The position numbers and the translations under genes are program-made. From Octopus sinensis (lineage: Eukaryota): a stretch of DNA of 60,924 bases. Under the pieces are notes generated by a model, which worked only from the letters and a program-made list of their open reading frames with translations, had not been told where the DNA came from and made no database searches. Location: positions 1 through 60,924 of the forward strand of contig NW_021832419.1 in the NCBI RefSeq assembly GCF_006345805.1, given 5' to 3'. Positions within the stretch are counted from its first letter, which is position 1. Each line of letters opens with the position of its first letter. Shown piece by piece: positions 53,788 to 60,924 of this stretch.

Positions 53788-54571
53788 CACACACACAGAC
53801 AGAGACAGAGACACACACATATCCATGTATGTGTGTGTGAGTATACACACATACACACACATATATATACCTAAATACAAATACATACATTGATAGCTAT
53901 AGACAGGGATACACATAGTCAAAATATGAACGTATATTTATGAATATATATATGTACGTACGTACGTATGTATGTATGTGTGTATGCATGCGTGTGTGTG
54001 TATGTATGCGTGTGTGTGTATGTATGCTTGTGTGTATGTATGCGTGTGTGTGTATGTATGCGTGTGTGTGTATGTATGCGTGTGTGTATGTATGTACGTA
54101 CGCATGTATGTACCTATATACGTAGATACGTACGTACGCATGTACATATTATACTACGTGTGTACGTACGTCCGTATGTATGTATACACGCATGTATGTA
54201 CATATGTATGTATTCGCACGAATGTGTACGATTTTCTGGGGTTATTGTGTTTTCATAACGCTGTTTCCCTTGAGGATAGTTTTAATCAAATTCTTGCACA
54301 ATGAATAACGCTATTTACTATTATTTCTGGAGTGGCAGAAATGGTACAACATCGAGTCTAAATGCCAAACAGCATTTCGGTTTAAGACTCTTCATTCTGA
54401 ATTCAAATAGTGCCAGGCTTCGATTTTGCATTTCTTCCCTCGTAGTAGTCGAAACAGCCGTATCACACTGACATATTTCTTTTAGCTTTAAAATCAAAGT
54501 TATAATGGAAACGACGGATGATGGTAACGGTAAAGTGCCAGACAAAATCCATTGCGATATTTATTAAGCAA

Positions 54572-54975
54572 CTAGCAGCATAGCCCGGCGTTGCCCGGGT
54601 ATGTAAGAGCCCCTAGTAGGCAACGACTAATCCCAATCTAGTTCTTTCCCTCTAGGGAACGAAGGCGCATGTGTAGGATGCAATGTCTTCTCTTCACTCG
54701 AATACTTCTATGTATACGATGTTCCTAGCTGTCTCCCGACAGAAAATGTGTTGCATATAAAAAGCTTAGATTCTCGACCCCATGTCGAATTTATCAATTT
54801 TTTTCAGAACTGGGGGAACTTTTCAAGATTTTCGCTGCATTAGTTTTGAATTATGACATTGGGCTATGTGTGTGTCAAGTTTCATCAGAATCGGTTGAAA
54901 GCCGTGGTCAGGGTGAGGGTACAACCTGACAGCCACACAGACAGACAAACAAACTGCCGTTTATATATAGAGAGA
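54572..54975 (-). mobile_element. Complete non-autonomous Helitron (family H2)
   Basis: Minus strand: A|TCTCTCTATATATAAA, subterminal (TGTC)n, hairpin cccgggcaacgccggg, CTAG|T. Confidence 0.9.
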
Positions 54976-54984
54976 TGATAAACC

Positions 54985-55400
54985 GATAAGCTGGCAGAAT
55001 CGTTACCGCTCTGGATAAAATGCTTAGCGGCATTTCGTCTGCCTTTACGCTCCGAGGTTGATTTATCTTTCATCCTTTCGGGGTCCATTAAATAAGTACC
55101 AGTTACGCACTGGGTTCGATGTAATCGACCTTGTCTATCCTTGTTTGTTCCCTCTATGTTTATCCCTCGTGGGCAATAAAGAAATAGATGTTTATTAAGC
55201 AGTGATAAAGCGATAAACTGGCAGAATCGTTACCGCTCTTGACTAAAATCTTAGCCGCATTTCGTCTGCCTTTTCGTTCTGAGTTCAGATTCCACCGAGG
55301 TTGACTTTATCTTTCATCCTTTCTGGGGTCGATAATATAAAAACCAGTTGATTTACCCCCTCCCCCCGAACTCGATTGCCTTTCACATTTCTATGGTCGA
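54985..55400 (+). mobile_element. Two SINE-B units in a local duplication
   Basis: Both share the private head variant 'ctggcagaatcgttaccgctct' and the upstream flank. Confidence 0.8.
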
Positions 55401-55449
55401 GAAATAAAATCCCAATCAGGCTTTAAAAGGGCGCATTTTTTATTTTGAT

Positions 55450-55750
55450 GTAGGCACATGGCCTAGTGGTTAGAGCAGCGGACTCGTGGTCGAGGGATGG
55501 CGGGTTCGAATCTCAGACCAGGCGATACATGTGTTTATGAGCGAAACACCTAAGCTCTATGCGGCTCTGGCAGAATGGCGAACTTCTGCTGACTCTTTCG
55601 CCACAACTTTCTCTCACTCTTTCCTCCCGCATCTTGCAGCACACCTGCGACGAACCGGCGTCCCGTCCAGGTGAAGAACCTATACGCCAAGGAAACCGGG
55701 AAACCGGCCCGAATGAGCCAGTCGTGGCTCGAGAAGGAACAAACAAGCAG
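55450..55750 (+). mobile_element. tRNA-derived SINE related to family C (distinct middle)
   Basis: A box tggcctagtgg, B box ggttcgaatc, 3' part 'cctgcgacgaaccggcgtcccgtccagg...ggaaaccgggaaaccggccc'. Confidence 0.8.
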
Positions 55751-56439
55751 CAATTTTAGTAGGGGAAGATGCGTAATTAAACGGGTTGATTATTATTTTT
55801 AACGTTCCAATTGCAATTTACTTGATCGATCACTGAAAAAATGGCTTCACTCTTAGCCCCAGGATAATAAGGTTGAGGAGAGAGAGAGTTAGTCAATGAT
55901 ATCGATTCTTATACTCAAATGATATTCGTTTTATCGACTCCGAAAGGATGAAAGGCAAAGTCGACCACGGCGTAATTTGAACAAGGAGTATAAAGAACAT
56001 GAAGAAATGCTGCTTAAACTTTTTGTTCGAGACACTAATAATCCTTCCAGTTCGTTGCCCTGAAGAATGAATGCAAAACAGAGACCGACAGACTTGAAAT
56101 TGATACAGGGAGTATTAAACTTTACCCAGTGGAGAATCTGATATATAGATAAATGGCGGTGCCCCAGCATGGCCACAGCTCGTGAGCTGAAACTAGATAA
56201 AAAAAAAAGTGATTTTGCTTGGTACTATGCTTCATTTTGAGGAAACTGAGAACAGAGTCAACGAAAGAGTATACACGATTGTGAGAACAGAGAAACTAAG
56301 CGGCCTATTCGAACTTGTTAACCAAAGGTTGGCCAAATAAGGATTTCTAACTTCGGTATAAGGCCATATATTTGTAGGTGAGGAGTAAAACCGGTTCGGT
56401 CAACCTAATTTTTTTTTAGTTTTTCACTTTATCGGCTCT

Positions 56440-56675
56440 TATCTCTTTACTGCCCACAAAGGGGCTACACACACACAGAGGGGAAAACAAGAACAGACAA
56501 CGGATTAAGTCGATTATCTCGACTCCAGTGCGTAACTGGTACTTATTTAATCGACCCCGAAAGGATGAAAGGCAAAGTCGACCTTGGCGGAATTTGAACT
56601 CGGAACTTAGCGGCACACGAAATACTGCTAAGCATATTGCCTGGCGTGCTAACGTTTCTGCCAGCTCGCCGCCTA
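56440..56675 (-). mobile_element. Full-length long-tail SINE-B monomer with 10-bp TSD
   Basis: TSD tatcggctct at 56430-56439 and 56676-56685. Confidence 0.92.
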
Positions 56676-56825
56676 TATCGGCTCTGTAAGGTTTAACGTC
56701 AAATTCGAATCGATAATTCTGAAACGGATACTGTGAACAGGTAGAACTAAACACTGTAATTGCTTTCCTACCTAGTAATCTAAACAATAAACAAACAAAA
56801 TACTGAAAAAAAAAAACCAGCCAAA

Positions 56826-57226
56826 GGTGCAGGCATGGGTGCGTAGTTAAGAAGCTCGTTTTCCAACAAGGTGGTTTCAGGTTCAGTCCCGCTGCAGGGC
56901 ACCTTGGGCAAGTGCCTTCTACTATAGCAGCTACAGGTTAACCAAAGCTTTGTTAGAGAATTGAGTACATCGAACCTAGGTGGAAGTCCATCGTGTGTGG
57001 GTGTGTGTGTGTGTGTGTCCGTCCCTCCGCCGTTTGATAACTAACACCCAGTGTCTGTTTGTTTACGTTCTCGTTATCTAGCGGTTCGGGAAAAGGACCT
57101 GATAGAATAACTACCAGGCTCGAAAATAAGTGCTGGGTTGATCTATACAACTGGAACCATTTAAGGCGATGCCCCAGCATGAGCGCAGTTCCGATGACTG
57201 ACTCAAACAAGGAAACGATAAAAGAC
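56826..57226 (+). mobile_element. Diverged SINE-A
   Basis: Head, 'ccttgggcaagtgccttctactatagc', tail. Confidence 0.8.
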
Positions 57227-57253
57227 AGTAACAACAACAATAACGACAAAAAT

Positions 57254-57308
<55 letters not shown>

Positions 57309-57366
57309 GCTGCTGCTGCTACTACTACTACTACTACTACTACTACCACTGCTGCTGCTGCTACTG

Positions 57367-57413
<47 letters not shown>

Positions 57414-57633
57414 GCTGCTACTACTACTACTACACTACTACTACTACTGCTGCTGCTGCTGCTACTACTACTACTACTTACTACTACTATTACTACTACT
57501 ACTACCACTGCTGCTACTACTACTACCACTGCTGCTGCTGCTGCTACTACTACTACTGCTACTACTACTGCTACTGCTGCTACTACTACTACTACCACTG
57601 CTGCTACTACTACTACCACTAATGCTGCTGCTG

Positions 57634-57686
<53 letters not shown>

Positions 57687-57695
57687 ACTACTACA

Positions 57696-57727
<32 letters not shown>

Positions 57728-57786
57728 CACTGCTGCTACTACTACTGCTGCTACTACTACTACTACTGCTACTGCTGCTGCTGCTA
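57254..57786. repeat. (CTA)n/(CTG)n trinucleotide array
   Basis: Direct reading. Confidence 0.97.
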
Positions 57787-58094
57787 ACCAACCTTTCTTA
57801 CCACAACATAACTGACCGAACATCAAAGAAGGTTTCAATTCTAACGCACCGTCGTCGTGCTATGTGAAGAATAAAAATACATATATGAAAAAACAAAATC
57901 GCTTTTGGAGTTTTGCGATAAAACGCATTTCACGTCTTTTGAAATTGGCAGCAAATGTTTCTTAGGCGTCTTTGGGCATTATGCTGTGGCCTTAATGCCA
58001 CTTCTATGTACTGAACTTCCGGTGCTAATTCTGACTCGGTTGATAGAAGTGTGTTTGAAAATGGCTTTAAGTATAAGAATGCGCATACAATTGT

Positions 58095-58187
<93 letters not shown>

Positions 58188-58359
58188 CAATGTATAGGTT
58201 GTTTAGTTGTGTGAGTTGTGAGTTAGACAAAAACGCTGAAGAAAGGAGATTGTTAGAAAAGAGGTGTAGTAAGAGAGGCAGAGGTAAAGGAGGGAGAAAT
58301 ATATGGAAATATATGGAGGAATCTAAATGGATGTGTATTGTACAGGGAAATAGAAAGAG

Positions 58360-58907
58360 GGAAGAGGAGAGAGAGAGAGAGAAAGAGAGAAAGAGAGAGA
58401 GAGTAAGGGACAGAAAGGGAGTGAGAGAGAGAGTAGGAGAGGGAGTGACTGAGTAGGAGAACGGGAGTGAGAGAGAGAGAGAGTAAGGGAGAGAGGGAAT
58501 GTAGGAGAGAGAGAGTAGGAGAAAGTGGGAGAGAGAGTAGGAGAGAGTGGGAGAGAGAGTAGGAGAGAGAGAGAGAGAGTAGCAGTGAGAGAGATAGAGA
58601 GCAGGAGAAAGTAGGAGAGAGAGAGAGTAGGAGAGAGAGAGTAGGAGAGAGAGTAGGAGAGAGTGAGTAGGAGAGAGAGAGAGAGAAAGAGAGCGGGTAA
58701 AAGAGAGAAAAAGAGAGCGGATAAGAGAGAGAGAAAGTAGAAGAGAGTAGGTGACAGAGAAAGAGTAGGAAAAAGAGTAGCGGTGAGAGAGAGAGAAAGC
58801 AGGAGAGAGAGAGGGCAAGAGAGAGAGTAGCAGTGAGAGAGAGAGAGAGAGAGAAAGTGAGCTGGAGAGAGAGGGAGTATGAGAGAGTAGGAGAGAGATA
58901 GATAGAT

Positions 58908-58943
<36 letters not shown>
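58360..58943. repeat. Purine-rich (GA)n with recurring GTAG interruptions
   Basis: Direct reading. Confidence 0.93.
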
Positions 58944-58946
<3 letters not shown>

Positions 58947-59384
58947 GGCTAGACTGATTGACAAACATGCGCAAACACAGACAGTGAGATAGTCAATATG
59001 TTGGGGAAGGAGCGGTTAGTTTGAACACATTTCACAAAAAAGCGCTTATTTTCAGCATATGGTTACACTGATAAATCTACTACAACATCCAGTCTATAGA
59101 TAGACATATGCACAACACACAACACAGTCACGAAGTTCAGTAGAAGCTTTGAAAGATTCTTTAGAAAAAGAAAATGGCGTTCAAATCTAAACGCACGAAT
59201 TCGTACCACAATGGAGTGAGTTGGGACATGCTAATGAACATGTTTAAGGACAACGGTAGCTATAGGACAGTCTGAGAGTTATAATGGCTTAGTTTTAATT
59301 ACTAATTCAATGGTGTATTTTTTTACGAATTTTCAATTAGATATCATTGTCCCTTGAGTTTTTAGGAAAAGTTTTTAGGTAAAG

Positions 59385-59630
59385 GTTATCTTCTCGAGTC
59401 ATACCGACTCATAAGGGCTGGTTTCCCGGTTTCCGTGGCATATAAATCCTCCACCGGGATAGGACGTTAGTCCCTCGCAGGACTACTCATTTTTGCCAGC
59501 TCAGTAGACTGGAGCAACGTGAAATGAAATGTTTGCTCAAGAACAAAACACATTGCCCGGTCTAGAAATAGAAAGCACAAACTTACAATCATGAGTCTAA
59601 TACTCTAACCACTAAGCCACGCGCCTCCAC
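59385..59630 (-). mobile_element. SINE-C
   Basis: Reverse complement of head 'ggaggcgcgtggcttagtggttagag' and CORE-like box. Confidence 0.85.
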
Positions 59631-59799
59631 AGATAAAAGTTTATGGGTTCACAGCAAGCCCATATATTTATCCTGGTTTGTTGGCTAATAGATCATCAGG
59701 AATCTATTGGCTACCTTATCATCTCACTGTTGTACACATATAAATATAATTCTTCTTATTCATGTGGGCGTATTTTAACATCATCTAATATTGTGAATT

Positions 59800-60100
59800 T
59801 GAGGAGCGCAAAATCTTTGCTCGGAGTACGTTTTAAGATTTTGCTTCTAGCCTCTTCATCTTCGCAACAGCATAATAGTATATCTTTTTCCTTGCCCGGA
59901 AAAATGTGCAAGAATATATATAGATCCCTAGTCATGCATTTGCACAGTTTTCATACTCTTTGTTCTCATGTTTCTTAAGAAAATGCCGCAACCAAGCTTT
60001 CCCTGTACTTTGGTTTTCAAACCAAAACTATGCTATCTTCACATGCTAAATCGACTCGCATATTCAAATGCGAAACGCCCAACTTCTTTTCGTGTTTAGG
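59800..60100 (-). pseudogene. Internally deleted pogo/Tigger-like transposase remnant (CENP-B-type HTH)
   Basis: Across frameshifts 'KEVGRFAFEYASRF..WFENQSTGKAWLRHFLKKH' (GxxWxxxFxxRH motif) and downstream 'RSKILKRTP'. Confidence 0.7.
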
Positions 60101-60863
60101 TGCTGCTATATGAACCACTTTACAAGTTATAGTGGATTAGTTGGTAATTGTTTCAAGTAGCTCCTCTCAACATCTACTTATTGCTCATGCAGTTAGGATC
60201 TCAACATATATTGTGCACACAACATAAACCGGAACGCAAATTACCTGCTGCCTCATTCCGATAATTTTCAATTAAACAATCAACACTCAACAACGTTCAT
60301 TGCTACGCATAGGTTTCACCAAATAAACAGTATTTCTATAAATGAAAAGTTTGCTTTAGGAGATGAAAAATGTTTGTGCGTTTGAAAGCCTTCTGTACCG
60401 ATTTGATGTTAAAAGGTTTGATTGAAAGGATCTCACAAGATAACAGAACTCTCCTCACGGGGTTCTTTGTTTCTGCTGCAGTAGCTACCAAACACAAAAC
60501 AAGATCCTTTCTTATGTCTTCGAGGAAGCCAACAAATGTAAGACAAAGGCTGAAATGACAGACAGTTATGAAAAGAACGACCAATAAATATTGTAAAGGA
60601 AGGCTAAAAGTTAAGCAAAACAATAAGGCTACAGAATGCCATGCTCAAGCGATAGAAAGAAAAACCCCAACAGGGTAAAATAGAATACTGTTAATACAAA
60701 AGCAAATATAAAACCGAAACAAAATACTGTACATACCCAAAGTGTACTGAGCTGTACTCGTTACTGCAGTTGAAGTACGCCAAAGAAATAAAAACAAAGA
60801 AAAAACAACTGAATAATAATAATAATGATAATAATAATGATAATAATAATAATAATAATAATA

Positions 60864-60898
<35 letters not shown>

Positions 60899-60924
60899 TA
60901 ATAATAATATTCCAACAGTCTACT

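Noticed and set aside
57059-58974. Tyr/Cys-, Val- and Ser/Leu-rich ORFs
   Set aside because: Translations of (CTA/CTG)n and (GA)n repeats

Overview
AT-rich, extremely microsatellite-dense eukaryotic non-coding DNA. It is most likely intronic or intergenic octopus (cephalopod) sequence, judged by eye from its SINE families and microsatellite load. I find no intact protein-coding gene: the ORF track is microsatellite, SINE or decayed-transposon translation. The window holds three tRNA-derived SINE families, labelled here A, B and C. A has a central microsatellite, B has a MetaSINE-like core and 30+ copies/fragments, and C is CORE-like. It also holds three non-autonomous Helitrons, several MITEs (one carrying TTAGGG repeats) and decayed Tc1/mariner, pogo, RTE and RLE (Hero/NeSL-like) coding remnants. 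An 11-unit, 144-153 bp tandem array lies at 31.4-33.0 kb. The most notable hidden signal is a set of Penelope-type minimal hammerhead ribozyme motifs. These include a tandem pair at 1454-1569 able to form a dimeric hammerhead, and three head-to-head inverted repeats built on hammerheads. They fit known Penelope-like element biology, so I cannot support a wholly new system. All family names come from motif recognition, not database searches.
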